DNA of 64,000 nucleotides from IMG/VR virus record IMGVR_UViG_3300043391_000853, positions 32,001 to 96,000 of that record; one strand, 5' to 3'. The position numbers were made by a program, and so were the translations under genes. The notes under the pieces were generated by a model that was given only the letters and a program-made list of their open reading frames with translations, was not told the origin of the DNA and did not search any database. The stretch's first letter is position 1. Each line of letters starts with the position of its first letter. Shown in pieces: positions 25,514 through 36,212 of this stretch. The stretch comes from a virus (Duplodnaviria > Caudoviricetes).

Positions 25514-26916
25514 ACAGGCGAATTAAAACCTGAGTTTGCTGAAGGCAACAGGTCGTTTCTGGGTACATTGGTGAAGTTGCTTTTTGATCTTTCTTTGATG
25601 TCACTTTTTTCTGTTTCGGCCCTGCTCCTGTCTCCTGCACCCTTCTGCTCAAAATTCATATACTCAAGCTCTGCAAAGTGCTCGCATTGGAAATTTTTAG
25701 CATGTCTTGATTTTAGCGAGAATATATTAACTATATCGCTCTGCGCTGAATCTCTACCTATAGCTAGGGCCATATCCACAGGCTTTAATATACCTTTAAA
25801 CCCTGATATCTCAGCGTTAGTGAACTGCTTGGTCATCTTGCCTCCCGCCTGATGTAGTAACCATATACTGAAAGGATGCGTGCCTCCTATCAGGTGATTA
25901 CTTAGATCATCCACCTCGAAAGCTACCTTGTTATACTTCTGCCACTCTGCGTCGTATTTTGCATTTGTGGACAAATAATCCATCTGATCTATGTATACTA
26001 AGTCTGGGTGGTAGCCCTCGTCTTCGTATTTTTTATCCAGGAAATTTTGGATATACTGAGCAGTCAGCGGTGTGACATCCCGCATGTCTAAAATCTTAAG
26101 ATTACTACAGGCCAGCTTATCTACAGCAGACATGTTCTTGAATGCCTCGGTAAGCTCCTGCTTGGCGAAGGGGCAACCTTTGTGTAGATCTGTATACGGT
26201 ATTCTAAACATATTACTGTACACCCTGTTACAGATATTCTCTGCAGGTTCCTCTAGACTCAGGTATAGTACCTTTCTGTATCGTTTAGCGTTTTGGAGTG
26301 CTGAGTATATAGCCATCGCTGTTTTGCCGCTGCCTGAATGTCCAAGAATTAGTCCGAATTCCTGGTAGTTCAGTCCTCGAGCCTTGCTATCTATTGCGAC
26401 AAACCCTGTACCCAAACTTTCTTTTTGTTCTACAGTAATCAGATCTTGAAACGGGACAAACTCACGTATACCATCAGTACCGTCCTTCAAGTCAATTGAC
26501 CCGATGAGTTTATTTGCGTCCTGTACCAGCTCCTCAGGTGAGCGGGACTTGTCTATTTTAAGCGTCTGAAATCTTCTGAACTTTATAAATTCGGCAAGAT
26601 GACTACGAATATGCTCTGTATTTAACGCATCTCCAGCGTAGATATAGTCCCAGAACGCTAGCGTCGTATCCGCGTCTAGGTGTGTTATGTTGTACTTTTT
26701 TTGTAGTGTTTTCAACGTAGCCAAGCACAGGTTAGCGTCGATAGGTCCCTGCTTTATAGTTAGCGCAGTATCAACAAAAACGTTGTATATGTTGATTGTT
26801 CCAAAATCGTTGGGAGTTATCTGTAAGTCTAGCGCTTTTTGCAGTGTCTGCTTGTCTCTAAACAAACACTTGATGGTCAGTTCTATGTAGTCAGAGTCGT
26901 TATATTTATCACTCAT
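25510..26916 (-). CDS. DnaB-like replicative helicase
   Basis: GHSGSGKT, YLSLEE, VYIDQMDYL, LHQ, KSRH. Confidence 0.88.
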   Translation of the reverse strand: MSDKYNDSDYIELTIKCLFRDKQTLQKALDLQITPNDFGTINIYNVFVDTALTIKQGPIDANLCLATLKTLQKKYNITHLDADTTLAFWDYIYAGDALNTEHIRSHLAEFIKFRRFQTLKIDKSRSPEELVQDANKLIGSIDLKDGTDGIREFVPFQDLITVEQKESLGTGFVAIDSKARGLNYQEFGLILGHSGSGKTAMAIYSALQNAKRYRKVLYLSLEEPAENICNRVYSNMFRIPYTDLHKGCPFAKQELTEAFKNMSAVDKLACSNLKILDMRDVTPLTAQYIQNFLDKKYEDEGYHPDLVYIDQMDYLSTNAKYDAEWQKYNKVAFEVDDLSNHLIGGTHPFSIWLLHQAGGKMTKQFTNAEISGFKGILKPVDMALAIGRDSAQSDIVNIFSLKSRHAKNFQCEHFAELEYMNFEQKGAGDRSRAETEKSDIKERSKSNFTNVPRNDLLPSANSGFNSPV

Positions 26917-27527
26917 TTTGCGCCAATTATTCTGTTAATGTCTAGCTTTCTAAGCTTTATGAATTCTCGTAGCTTGGAAGACATTTCCTCTCTAGCGATG
27001 TGCTGGTACTTATCGAGTACTGCTTGAATCCTTTTTTCGCTGTAAAGTAACCTGAACCATGCGTAAAGCTTTATACCAGAGTCAATCAACACATCCTCGA
27101 TAGGAATACCTCGGCTGGTGTATATCCCGCATATACGTACCTGTTCGTCCCATAAGTCTACAGGCTCTATACTGAAATTAGAATCGTATCCTGCCTCACC
27201 ACTGTTCGAGACTTTATCCTTAATAAACATGCGCGCCTCTACACCCTGTAGACATGCAGGTCTGAAGAACTCTGTGCGAGCCATTCTGGAGTACATTAAA
27301 TCTACATATACTCCAGGGTCCACCTCATAGAGCTTGCATATCTCTGCAGCTTTCTCGAAAAACTCATCATCCTTGGACGTGGATCGGTAGACGTATCCTC
27401 GCTTGGTTAATCGTTTCTTTTCAATAAAGAATCCGGTCAGCTGGTCTATAAGCTTAAGGTTTTGCTGCTTTTTAAGTAATCGCTGCTCGAGTGTTTCCTG
27501 TCTGTCCTGCTCCTCTGGTATGCTCAT
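26913..27527 (-). CDS. hypothetical protein between primase and helicase
   Basis: 204-aa ORF overlapping both neighbours. Confidence 0.7.
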   Translation of the reverse strand: MSIPEEQDRQETLEQRLLKKQQNLKLIDQLTGFFIEKKRLTKRGYVYRSTSKDDEFFEKAAEICKLYEVDPGVYVDLMYSRMARTEFFRPACLQGVEARMFIKDKVSNSGEAGYDSNFSIEPVDLWDEQVRICGIYTSRGIPIEDVLIDSGIKLYAWFRLLYSEKRIQAVLDKYQHIAREEMSSKLREFIKLRKLDINRIIGAK

Positions 27528-28419
27528 ACTGAATTATTTTTTGTAATTGTTCTGTCGTGGTATCGTCAGGAGATTCGAACCCATACTCTCGTAAATCTAT
27601 GTTAATGCATTTACGCCCGTTAGCTTTAAACTCTCCCTGTATTTCTCTCGCCAGCTCTTGTGTGCTGTCTTCTCCGTCAAGTATGAGTGTGATAGTCTTC
27701 CACTCCTGTATCAATTGTTTCTGAGTAGAGGATATCCCCTTGCCTAGGGTGGCTACAGCGTTTGCGAGTTTCAAGGCTTTTTTGATACCTTCCACCACAA
27801 CCACGTCTTTGTACCCTTTTGCGAAGTGGTAGTTGAATATATGCTCTCCTTTTGGAAACAGGTGCATATACCGCATAAACTGAAATCTGTCACCGTTCCA
27901 TGTGCCTGGGATAAATCTAATCTGCCAGCCTACATAAGATTTATCTTTTCCGAACACAGGAAAAAACAGGCTGCCGCTTGTGTTGACGGTGAAGCCGCTA
28001 TCGAACCGTATATTTATACCTCCTCCTTCAGGAATATACCTGATACCTAGGGAGTCATAATACGCCATATTTTCTAAGTGATCTTTTTTTAGAAAATCCA
28101 CAACAGGCTGGGTGTTGTCAAGACCGCTCAAGCTGACGCAATCTTGATATGGTGCGATCGTAGCGTAAGGATACTCCACTTCCTCAATATCGCCTGCAGC
28201 TCTTTCAAATTCTTCGGTGCTTCCCAACAGCTCATGTAGGTCTATTGTCTGTTCACAAATGAAGCATCTGCTTACTGCCCAGCCTGGGCAGATATAGCGC
28301 TTCATTTTTTTACTATGGATAGGGTCACAGGTCGGGCAGGGAATTCTGTAACTCCCGCCCGACACTGACTTGACCTTACCGAATTTACTCTTCAGTAGAT
28401 CTCGAACCTTTTGATTCAT
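27472..28419 (-). CDS. DNA primase (Zn finger plus TOPRIM)
   Basis: CPTC...CFIC; GWQIR; VVEGIKKA; ATLG; LDGED; SPDD. Confidence 0.85.
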   Translation of the reverse strand: MNQKVRDLLKSKFGKVKSVSGGSYRIPCPTCDPIHSKKMKRYICPGWAVSRCFICEQTIDLHELLGSTEEFERAAGDIEEVEYPYATIAPYQDCVSLSGLDNTQPVVDFLKKDHLENMAYYDSLGIRYIPEGGGINIRFDSGFTVNTSGSLFFPVFGKDKSYVGWQIRFIPGTWNGDRFQFMRYMHLFPKGEHIFNYHFAKGYKDVVVVEGIKKALKLANAVATLGKGISSTQKQLIQEWKTITLILDGEDSTQELAREIQGEFKANGRKCINIDLREYGFESPDDTTTEQLQKIIQYEHTRGAGQTGNTRAAIT

Positions 28420-28660
28420 TTTGTTCTAGCAGCTCCAAACTCTCCAAAAATTTGGCATCTGTAAAATAATACACATCATTTATATCTGGCTCAGGATTAC
28501 TTTTGTAATCAGGATGTATCCGCCACGCGTTACTGACTATTTGAGCCAGCCTTAGATGAGGGCGAGAATACCAGTACACGTTTAGTTTATCTAAAAGTGT
28601 GGCAATATATTCTGCACGATTAAATTTTTCGTCCATGGGATTATTCGATGTACAGATCAT
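28385..28660 (-). CDS. hypothetical protein (DUF1040-like)
   Basis: W...PHLRLAQIV...YYFTD. Confidence 0.6.
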   Translation of the reverse strand: MICTSNNPMDEKFNRAEYIATLLDKLNVYWYSRPHLRLAQIVSNAWRIHPDYKSNPEPDINDVYYFTDAKFLESLELLEQNESKGSRSTEE

Positions 28661-29027
28661 TCTCTATAAGAATCATATTTTTTAAGTTTACTAAGCGGTT
28701 CTCTATCTCTTGCACTATAAGCATCTCATATGCGCAGGCTTCTTGAAAAGCAAAGTATTCTTCGTCTACGTTTGCAGGCACAATTTTCAGCATCCAACTA
28801 TCGTCTTCGTTTTGATCCAAGCGTATAGGATTCCGTTTACCTACAGCGTGTAAATAGCTAGGTTCTTCAGATAGTGTCGGGTCTATGTAGCGTAAGGATT
28901 CCCATTTCAATTTTTTATCTTTCTGTACTGTGACACATGCGGTGACTTCTACTATGACATAGCTGTAATAAGGATGCGCAAAACTAAACTGTACAACGGT
29001 ACGTTCACCTGGCTTAATTTTTAGCAT
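28641..29027 (-). CDS. hypothetical protein
   Basis: 128-aa ORF. Confidence 0.6.
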   Translation of the reverse strand: MLKIKPGERTVVQFSFAHPYYSYVIVEVTACVTVQKDKKLKWESLRYIDPTLSEEPSYLHAVGKRNPIRLDQNEDDSWMLKIVPANVDEEYFAFQEACAYEMLIVQEIENRLVNLKNMILIENDLYIE

Positions 29028-30477
29028 ATTTAGTCCAATCTATTTGAGAAGGAGAGTCGACTATCTTTACCGTCCATCCTTGCTCCTCGTAGTATTTCAT
29101 TCGCTTCTTGGCCATAGACTCAAGAGCAGTGTCATGGTTGTCCATAAAATCTACAAGCACAAAATGTGTCTTGGGAGGCAGATTGTACTTGGTCATATAC
29201 TCTGGAGTCAAAATTCTGCTACCTCTGTAAGCTTCTTGCAGAACCTCAACCTTGCTGCTGCCTCCACTTGCCTGGACTACTACCCTACAGTTTGGAATAT
29301 CTACACCTGCTCTAAAGGCGTCGGAAGCTATCAATATCTGGAACTCGTTATTGCCGAACTCTGCAATTGTAGCATTCTGCTGCTTAGGACTCAGTGCAAA
29401 TGCTCCTACATTTTTCTTACTACTCTCCCTGTGTAGGTATTTAGTATCTTTTGGCATGTACTTGTACATAGGTATCAAATGGTCTTTGACATGGTCTATG
29501 AATACAATTGTTTGCCAGTCTGCTGGAATCTTTTCGCAAACCTTACCTATCAACTCGTTGCGTTTTTCGCAACGCTTTACACCGTACTTTAGCTTGCTAT
29601 CGAAGCTGCTATAGTTCTCTATGAATAGGTCGTCAGGCATTCTAACCATGTAGACCATACCTGGAACAACCGCACCTGCAGCCTCGGCATCCTCATACGG
29701 GAAATATATCAAGTCTTCACCAAAGAGTCCTTTTAATAACTTATCTGTGTTATTGAAAATGCCTTCTGTGGTGGCGCTGTAGCCGAACATCCTTATCGGA
29801 CGCATCTGCTTTAATGCATTTTGAAATGTATCCTGTCCTGCTGACTGCATCTCATCGACAAGTAGCAGCTGACATTTCTCTAATGAGCAGTTCTGTAGCG
29901 ACCTGAATGTGGTTATGGTGATGTCTTCACTAATATCATTATTCCCATCACCCACCAATCCTATATGTTTGTGAGGAAACAGCTCTTGGAACTTTTTGTG
30001 TGTCTGTAGGACAACCTGCTTTAACGGTATGGCCAGGATCGTGTTTAGTTTATGCCAGGCTGCGTATGTGATAGCCTGAATAAACGTCTTACCGAACCCT
30101 CCTGTGGCGTTGATGACGCCGCTGTCCTCCTGCCCTTTGAACAGTAGGTCTATGACAGGTTGATGTTGATACTCTCGAAGCTTAATCTTTTTAATCTCTT
30201 CCCAATTAGGTTCAGGCATAGGAGTGCGGAGGTCATGCACCTCCGCAACATCCAAATGCTTATTCATTAACGCCATTACAGCGTGATAGAACCCAGGTAA
30301 GGTGTAAATTGAGCCGTCTGCATCTGCAGCATACAGCAGTCTTTCTGAAAAGACACACTCTCGTCTATAGTTGACCATCTTCATCTCTCGATGATGATAT
30401 CTTAGAAATTTAGACAAGTAGGCAGGACATGGGTTTATCTTGAGTCCTCCATCAAACCTGGTGAGCTGTATCTTCAT
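29014..30477 (-). CDS. superfamily 2 helicase (UvsW/XPB-like)
   Basis: LREYQ, ATGGFGKT, VDEMQ, SAT, GVDIP, Q..RGSR. Confidence 0.88.
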   Translation of the reverse strand: MKIQLTRFDGGLKINPCPAYLSKFLRYHHREMKMVNYRRECVFSERLLYAADADGSIYTLPGFYHAVMALMNKHLDVAEVHDLRTPMPEPNWEEIKKIKLREYQHQPVIDLLFKGQEDSGVINATGGFGKTFIQAITYAAWHKLNTILAIPLKQVVLQTHKKFQELFPHKHIGLVGDGNNDISEDITITTFRSLQNCSLEKCQLLLVDEMQSAGQDTFQNALKQMRPIRMFGYSATTEGIFNNTDKLLKGLFGEDLIYFPYEDAEAAGAVVPGMVYMVRMPDDLFIENYSSFDSKLKYGVKRCEKRNELIGKVCEKIPADWQTIVFIDHVKDHLIPMYKYMPKDTKYLHRESSKKNVGAFALSPKQQNATIAEFGNNEFQILIASDAFRAGVDIPNCRVVVQASGGSSKVEVLQEAYRGSRILTPEYMTKYNLPPKTHFVLVDFMDNHDTALESMAKKRMKYYEEQGWTVKIVDSPSQIDWTKYAKN

Positions 30478-30659
30478 TTTTTCTTTCTTTGTGCAGGCTT
30501 ACGGGGTTGTGCAGGCTTACGTGGCTGGGAGGTTTTCCTACTTTTCGCTACCTGTTGATCTACTGCAGCCACCAAAGCTTCCTTGGCGAAGTCTTTTACG
30601 TAAGAGGCTACACCGGACATCAGTTTGCCCATCAATGTAGCTGATTTAAGATTGTCCAT
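30474..30659 (-). CDS. small basic protein with QPRKPA repeats
   Basis: SQPRKPAQPRKPAQRKKK tail. Confidence 0.6.
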   Translation of the reverse strand: MDNLKSATLMGKLMSGVASYVKDFAKEALVAAVDQQVAKSRKTSQPRKPAQPRKPAQRKKK

Positions 30660-30676
30660 ATTAATGACTGTCTTTT

Positions 30677-30904
30677 TTAGTTTTTTGGTTTTGTCTTCAG
30701 TATCTTTGTTTGAGAGGTGGTTTTATTTTTCTTTTTAACTCTCAAAGCTTCCGCCTGCAGCTCATGCATTTCTTTTTCAAGGGTCAATGCAAGCTTCAGG
30801 TCCTCTTCAGGGACTTCGTCTTTTCGTGCGATGATGTCTGCTGCGTAGCTATCGTACCAGCGAAGAAGCATGTAGATTCTCTTCAGCTTCTGCGTGCCAG
30901 TCAT
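30677..30904 (-). CDS. hypothetical protein
   Basis: Coupled to sbcC stop. Confidence 0.55.
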   Translation of the reverse strand: MTGTQKLKRIYMLLRWYDSYAADIIARKDEVPEEDLKLALTLEKEMHELQAEALRVKKKNKTTSQTKILKTKPKN

Positions 30905-32943
30905 AAGCTGATTGTATTATCCACATACTCACTCAGTTCGCTGTGATGATCGATTACAATAACCTGCTTGAATTTGCTACTCTTACCTAACGTCTTGATA
31001 ATCTCGAAGTATTTCTTCGCATTATCACTATTAAGTCCGTAGCTACCTTCATCAATAATCATAAACGGGAACGCTCCTACAAACATGTTGTGTAGGGCTA
31101 GACGTAAGCTAAAGCCGACCATAACCTGTTGACCGCCTGATATAGCAGGTAACTGTAACCCTTCTTCGTTGAATACATCAATCCCAAAGGTTTCATTTAC
31201 TTTCGCAGTGTACGGGAAATCGAAGCTTGCTAATACTTCATTCATGTACTCTGTTACTGTGCTGCTATAGGTCTGTATCAGCGCCCTAGGGAACCTGCCT
31301 GTGTGAAACAGATCATAGACACCCTTCAGTACGCCAACATATTCTTTACGTTTGTTGTTTTTATCTACATACGCATTGTTGTCTTGCAGGTCCTGGTTGA
31401 GAGACTTTAGCTCTCTCTTGTTGGTAGCTACCTCAACCTCTAGCTTCTTTGCAGCTTCCCTGGATTTCTGCATATCATCTATCTTGGCTGAGACAGCTAT
31501 CTCTTCCGATGTAAACTCTACAGGATCCCTGTCGTAGGTTACTAGACCTGCGATTTGTAATCTCTTGCTCTGTGTAGCGCTTTCAGCCTCGCGATAGTCT
31601 GCAGTAAGAATACTGAGTCTGGTTTCCCATTCCGAGTATTTGGCTACAACACTTTCACACAAGGTATATTCTTCCTGATCGAATGATACGTTGTTATAGG
31701 CCGCCAAGGCGCTGTCGATGGTCTGTAGCTCTCTTTCATAGCTTTCCCACACATCTAGCTGCTCCTGACTCTTACGCAGCTCTTCAGTGACTTCCAGCAG
31801 CCTGGCTTTCTGTTCCTTGCCTGCCTCAATCAAGGGTTCGCGTTCTTTCTCGATGTGCTCAATCAGCTTTTTAACATTGTCTACCTGTGTACCGCAGGTT
31901 GGACACGTCCCTGAGGCGAGTCCTGACTTTCCGTACTCTTCCATCTTACGATTCAGCGCAATTACCGCATTCCTCTTGGCTGTCAATTCAGTGGCCCACT
32001 CAGTCTCTTGCTTCCTCAGTGCGGCTACATGGACTTTGTCTATCTGTACACTAGGCACACTCAGGTTTTTCTTCCTGCTCTCCCACAACTGCTTCGTGTC
32101 GTACAGCGTCTTGGCAGCTTTCTGCTCCGCCAAGCCTGCACGATAATCCTGAACGTTGATCAGCTGCATCTTGCTACGCAAAGTACTAGCTGTCACATCA
32201 AGTGAAGCGCTCCTGGATAAACAATCCTCTAGCTCCGCGGCTAGCAGCTTGTGGCTGTCCCTAGAGGCCTTCACTTTTGAGAGGAAAGACTTTCTCGCTA
32301 CTAGTGTGTCATAGTCGCCTTCGTTAACCGAGATCTGCTCTAGCTCTTCTGAGCCCAACTCTATAAGCTTCTCAAGACACTGGATATCACTGGTAAGCTT
32401 CACCATATCTTTAACAGGGTACTCAGGAGGAGCATCCTTGATATAGTTATTCCAGATAACATCACGAATCTTTGTGGTATTGGGCACCATAAAGATCTTT
32501 TGAAACAGTTTCTCTCGGGTAGCGTTATCTCCATTGAAGAGAAGGGCTATCTCTCCTTGATTGGAGACAATGACGTTCTGTACAATGTTTTTATCTATCT
32601 GAAACAAGCTGTCCCAAATCTCGTTAACCTCACTGCTCTTCTTGTACGTTTTTCCCTCGTACATGAAGTTTACTTTAGCTGTATCTATATGTCTTTCTAG
32701 TACAGCCTCTTTCCCATTCACTACTAGATGACCTATCACATACCCACTTGTCTGTCCTACAGTGAGCATATCGGATTTTGTTTTTCCGTAACCTTCCCCT
32801 GTAAGGAGAAAGATAACAGCTTCAACAATACTGCTTTTTCCGCTGCCGTTGCCCCCGATGATGCCTGTGACGCCTGCGTTGAACTCGAATTGTGAACTTC
32901 TGTGAGAGCGGAAGTTTTTGAGAATCAGTCTAGTTATTTCCAT
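30901..32943 (-). CDS. sbcC: SbcC/Rad50-like ATPase
   Basis: NFRSH, GGNGSGKSS, zinc hook CPTCG, signature ISGGQ, IIDEG, IDH. Confidence 0.92.
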   Translation of the reverse strand: MEITRLILKNFRSHRSSQFEFNAGVTGIIGGNGSGKSSIVEAVIFLLTGEGYGKTKSDMLTVGQTSGYVIGHLVVNGKEAVLERHIDTAKVNFMYEGKTYKKSSEVNEIWDSLFQIDKNIVQNVIVSNQGEIALLFNGDNATREKLFQKIFMVPNTTKIRDVIWNNYIKDAPPEYPVKDMVKLTSDIQCLEKLIELGSEELEQISVNEGDYDTLVARKSFLSKVKASRDSHKLLAAELEDCLSRSASLDVTASTLRSKMQLINVQDYRAGLAEQKAAKTLYDTKQLWESRKKNLSVPSVQIDKVHVAALRKQETEWATELTAKRNAVIALNRKMEEYGKSGLASGTCPTCGTQVDNVKKLIEHIEKEREPLIEAGKEQKARLLEVTEELRKSQEQLDVWESYERELQTIDSALAAYNNVSFDQEEYTLCESVVAKYSEWETRLSILTADYREAESATQSKRLQIAGLVTYDRDPVEFTSEEIAVSAKIDDMQKSREAAKKLEVEVATNKRELKSLNQDLQDNNAYVDKNNKRKEYVGVLKGVYDLFHTGRFPRALIQTYSSTVTEYMNEVLASFDFPYTAKVNETFGIDVFNEEGLQLPAISGGQQVMVGFSLRLALHNMFVGAFPFMIIDEGSYGLNSDNAKKYFEIIKTLGKSSKFKQVIVIDHHSELSEYVDNTISL

Positions 32944-32944
32944 A

Positions 32945-33547
32945 CTACAACATGTGTCTAAGAATTGCGTACTCTAACTTATTCAACATCCTTGCCACGT
33001 AAGCGCATAGCTTGGATGCTTTGGACCAAAACAGCCTCCAGCCGTAAGGTTTGACTTGTTGTTTAAACCTGTACCATAATTTACTTTCTTCCTCTTTTCG
33101 TTTAATATCCCATTTTTCGTTATGCAGTCTCTGGGACATAATCTTCTCGTTCCGTACCAAGGAGATTTTATCTAGTTTTCCGTAAATGAAGTAAGCTGTA
33201 AACTCCAACCAACAGTCTTCAGCATCTGTGGATGCAAAGCTACTGTAAAAGGTTACTTCACCATGATGCTCGATCTTTTTACTATAGCTATTTTTTACTA
33301 TTACGTCTTTCCAGACTGACCAAGGCTTTGGCTTTATTTCAGCCCGCTCTGCGTCTGTATAAGGCACATATTCACGCTCTACAATTTCCTCAAACAGGAA
33401 ACCTTCTTCTGAGATCGTGTAAGAGCTTAGTAAGTTATCCAAATCTTTAGTCTGGAATGCTTCGATGCTCCAGTCTGGAGACAAGGCCTGCAGCTCTTCA
33501 GGTAGCGGTAAGGAATACTTGCACTGAATATTGTCAAACATACCCAT
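32945..33547 (-). CDS. conserved phage hypothetical protein
   Basis: MGMFDNI.C...FQTKDLD...Y.I...G.L. Confidence 0.75.
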   Translation of the reverse strand: MGMFDNIQCKYSLPLPEELQALSPDWSIEAFQTKDLDNLLSSYTISEEGFLFEEIVEREYVPYTDAERAEIKPKPWSVWKDVIVKNSYSKKIEHHGEVTFYSSFASTDAEDCWLEFTAYFIYGKLDKISLVRNEKIMSQRLHNEKWDIKRKEEESKLWYRFKQQVKPYGWRLFWSKASKLCAYVARMLNKLEYAILRHML

Positions 33548-33548
33548 A

Positions 33549-33818
33549 TTAAATAAGTTCTTTGATTGTTTTGTTAATTAGATCGCTAGGTTTCTTAGCT
33601 GCAGAATACTTGTCGTAGGGCAGACATTGTGCGTCCCAACCTTCTGGTAGTTCTCCCTCGTTGCAGATAGGCTCAACCACAAAATTACTGGGATCTTCAC
33701 GAAAGATATAGTCAGCGTTCACAAATACGATATCTTTCACAGAATTCTCTGCATCCTCTTGAGACTCTGCAGAGATTACAAGCGTGTACTCTACTGTGAG
33801 TTTGTATAATTTAGTCAT
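33549..33818 (-). CDS. hypothetical protein (paralog of next gene)
   Basis: KLYKLTV...AESQEDA...ELPEGW. Confidence 0.65.
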   Translation of the reverse strand: MTKLYKLTVEYTLVISAESQEDAENSVKDIVFVNADYIFREDPSNFVVEPICNEGELPEGWDAQCLPYDKYSAAKKPSDLINKTIKELI

Positions 33819-33825
33819 TGGGTTG

Positions 33826-34194
33826 TTATTTTGATAGAGCTGACTTAATCATGTTTTCTAACGACTCTATTTTGTCGTACAACTTCTTTATCTGTGCTGT
33901 TTCTATGTTAGTGAGCGGTGTTGCTTGCTTCTGTTTTTTAAGGATTCCCTCAATACAGTCATCCGCCCACGGCCCCTTCGATATACATACCTCCTTGTCG
34001 GCGTCTACAGGACAGTTTCGTGGCCACCAACCCAAAGGTATGTTATCAAGACAATCAATTTCTTCGACAGATGTATGACTTGAGTCTATGTTGAATAAGT
34101 TATGTGTATCGTATGCAAGTAGGCACTCCAAGGCCTGTTGTTCGTCTTTTGCGTAAACTACGCTACAAGCTGTTACGCTATATAATTTTTTCAT
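33826..34194 (-). CDS. hypothetical protein (paralog of previous gene)
   Basis: KLYSVTA...AKDEQQA...NIPLGW. Confidence 0.65.
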   Translation of the reverse strand: MKKLYSVTACSVVYAKDEQQALECLLAYDTHNLFNIDSSHTSVEEIDCLDNIPLGWWPRNCPVDADKEVCISKGPWADDCIEGILKKQKQATPLTNIETAQIKKLYDKIESLENMIKSALSK

Positions 34195-34433
34195 AATTCT
34201 TCATGTAGTTTAATTTCCCTAACTTTCAATATCTGGTACTCGGCGGACCTACTCAATTCTGCGTCTGCTTTTTGTAGTTTAGTTATCTTATTCCTTAAGA
34301 CCTTCAGCACACCTTCCTCATCCTTGTTAGAGGATACGAATGTTGCCCTGTTTTTGGGTAGTCTGCGCCAGATATCCCAGTCTGGTGTACGTATTCTTAT
34401 GCGATAGCTTATGAGCTCGTATATCAATTTCAT
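34191..34433 (-). CDS. small hypothetical protein
   Basis: Coupled ORF. Confidence 0.6.
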   Translation of the reverse strand: MKLIYELISYRIRIRTPDWDIWRRLPKNRATFVSSNKDEEGVLKVLRNKITKLQKADAELSRSAEYQILKVREIKLHEEL

Positions 34434-35338
34434 ACATTTTGGAAGGATTTTTCTTTCATCTTGAATTCGAAATCCAGGTCAATTGTTGTGTTGTATGTGT
34501 GAGGCAGCTTTGAGGCATAATCTGCGTGTTTTCTAGGATTCTTGTTATCTGGAATGCTCTCACTATAATGAAAAAGAGGCGTGTAGCCTTGCCATGACTG
34601 CACAGCCATAGCGAAAGACTCTTCTTCAGGTGTTCCAAGGTTATGACATTTATGATGCAGATAATCGAAGGTTATCGGCGTATCTCCATCGTGATAGAAA
34701 TAATCGTATAGTGCTTTAACTGTCCAGCCAGCTGACTTGTCGTCGTTCTCCAAAACAAGGCGTTTCTTGACGTTGTCTGACAACCTATGGAAATTCTTGT
34801 AGAACAGATCTCGAACAATGAAGTGATTTCCTCCTCCAAGACTTCTGTTTACATGAATGTTTATAGGTGAACCGTAATCCAGAGGACAGCCTATCCGTGT
34901 CATGAACCAGCCTTGAAAGTCTAGCTCACTAATTGTTCGCGCTATTGCATCATCGTTATCACTGGCCAGTACATTGAATTGATCAGGATGGCTGCTTAGT
35001 CTGACGTTGTATCTCTCTCGAGCACGCTTTACTTTATCGAAGCCTTCCACAATCTCATCAATTTGAGGAAAGTCTTCGAATATGATACGCGCTTTGTTGT
35101 AGGTCATCAGCGGAAATATATTGCTGCTTAACCTGTAGTTGTGTCTATGGACGCCGCAGTATTCGATAGCTTTCTCTGTAACTAGGAGATTGTTTAAAAC
35201 GACTTCTCCTAGTTTGACCAACGCTTCAGCCCTGTCCAAAGAGCTGAAGCGCTTAAAGGTCATTGTTCTGAACTTGAGTGGCGGGTCATTTTCCTCCAAC
35301 CCAAGTACAATACAGCATACACCTTTGTTTCGGATCAT
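34430..35338 (-). CDS. uvsE: UV damage endonuclease
   Basis: YRLSS.IFP, RLSSHPDQFNVLAS, NIHV, RLVLENDD, TFDYLHH, FHYSES, HADY, EFKMKE. Confidence 0.93.
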   Translation of the reverse strand: MIRNKGVCCIVLGLEENDPPLKFRTMTFKRFSSLDRAEALVKLGEVVLNNLLVTEKAIEYCGVHRHNYRLSSNIFPLMTYNKARIIFEDFPQIDEIVEGFDKVKRARERYNVRLSSHPDQFNVLASDNDDAIARTISELDFQGWFMTRIGCPLDYGSPINIHVNRSLGGGNHFIVRDLFYKNFHRLSDNVKKRLVLENDDKSAGWTVKALYDYFYHDGDTPITFDYLHHKCHNLGTPEEESFAMAVQSWQGYTPLFHYSESIPDNKNPRKHADYASKLPHTYNTTIDLDFEFKMKEKSFQNV

Positions 35339-35340
35339 TT

Positions 35341-35613
35341 TCAGCGACCGTTACAATTGTAAGGTATACCTAACATATTTGCATGTATGTTTACGTCGTC
35401 TTCATCTATGTCCAGTGGTTGTTCGATCACATACCTACTGATTAGCCGTACAGCATAATTAAGCCATTCAGGATCTCTGCCGTGATATATCTGATCCATG
35501 AGCTGTACAGCTTCCATACTATCGCGACACACTATACGGTCTTGCCACTTACGAGCTTTTGGCTTTTTCCGTTGTATGATTAAAGACGCTTTTGTGGATT
35601 TTTCCGTCTGCAT
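35341..35613 (-). CDS. small hypothetical protein
   Basis: Start MQTEK; LIIQRK...W. Confidence 0.55.
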   Translation of the reverse strand: MQTEKSTKASLIIQRKKPKARKWQDRIVCRDSMEAVQLMDQIYHGRDPEWLNYAVRLISRYVIEQPLDIDEDDVNIHANMLGIPYNCNGR

Positions 35614-35614
35614 G

Positions 35615-35806
35615 TTATTCTTCGTGACTAGGTTCTTCGCCCTCTTCAAGCTGTCTACAGGTGTAATTCTTTTTAAGCTTCTTCACATAGTCTGTCCAGG
35701 GTTTTGGTCCTAGTGCATCGAGCCATGCGTCTGCTTCTGTCACACCAGATCCAATGGTGCATCGTTTGAACCTATTTACTCCCGATTGTCCTTCGATTAC
35801 GTACAT
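35615..35806 (-). CDS. small hypothetical protein
   Basis: IGSG.TEADAW.DA. Confidence 0.55.
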   Translation of the reverse strand: MYVIEGQSGVNRFKRCTIGSGVTEADAWLDALGPKPWTDYVKKLKKNYTCRQLEEGEEPSHEE

Positions 35807-35819
35807 AGTTTTTTATTTT

Positions 35820-36212
35820 TTATCGCGGCCAGCCAACAATTCTATAAAAGTCGGCGTGCATGTCTCGTTCGTCTTGTTCTGCCTCCAGGTTGAAAGCCTC
35901 AAGCTCTCGAGAGTATTCAAACCTTAATAGGTCGTATACCTCGAAGAATCTCTTGGTGACCTCGTCATAAGCTGTGGAGTTTTGTGGATCCTCGTTCGGT
36001 AGCCAGCCAGCTGGCAGCACTAGTGTGTTGTCGTCTATCTCTTGAGGTATAGGAAGGCTGAAGTCCTCAAGTACGTGCAACAACATTTCTTTATGTGACG
36101 CAAGCTCGTCAGGATCGTCCACCTGCTTGTCCCATTGATGCGCTTTGACTCGATTTTCGACCTCGTCCAGAATTTTAAGGCATTCCTCTTTTGTTTTCAT
36201 GTGTTTTGTCAC
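35820..36212 (-). CDS. hypothetical protein
   Basis: 130-aa ORF. Confidence 0.65.
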   Translation of the reverse strand: MTKHMKTKEECLKILDEVENRVKAHQWDKQVDDPDELASHKEMLLHVLEDFSLPIPQEIDDNTLVLPAGWLPNEDPQNSTAYDEVTKRFFEVYDLLRFEYSRELEAFNLEAEQDERDMHADFYRIVGWPR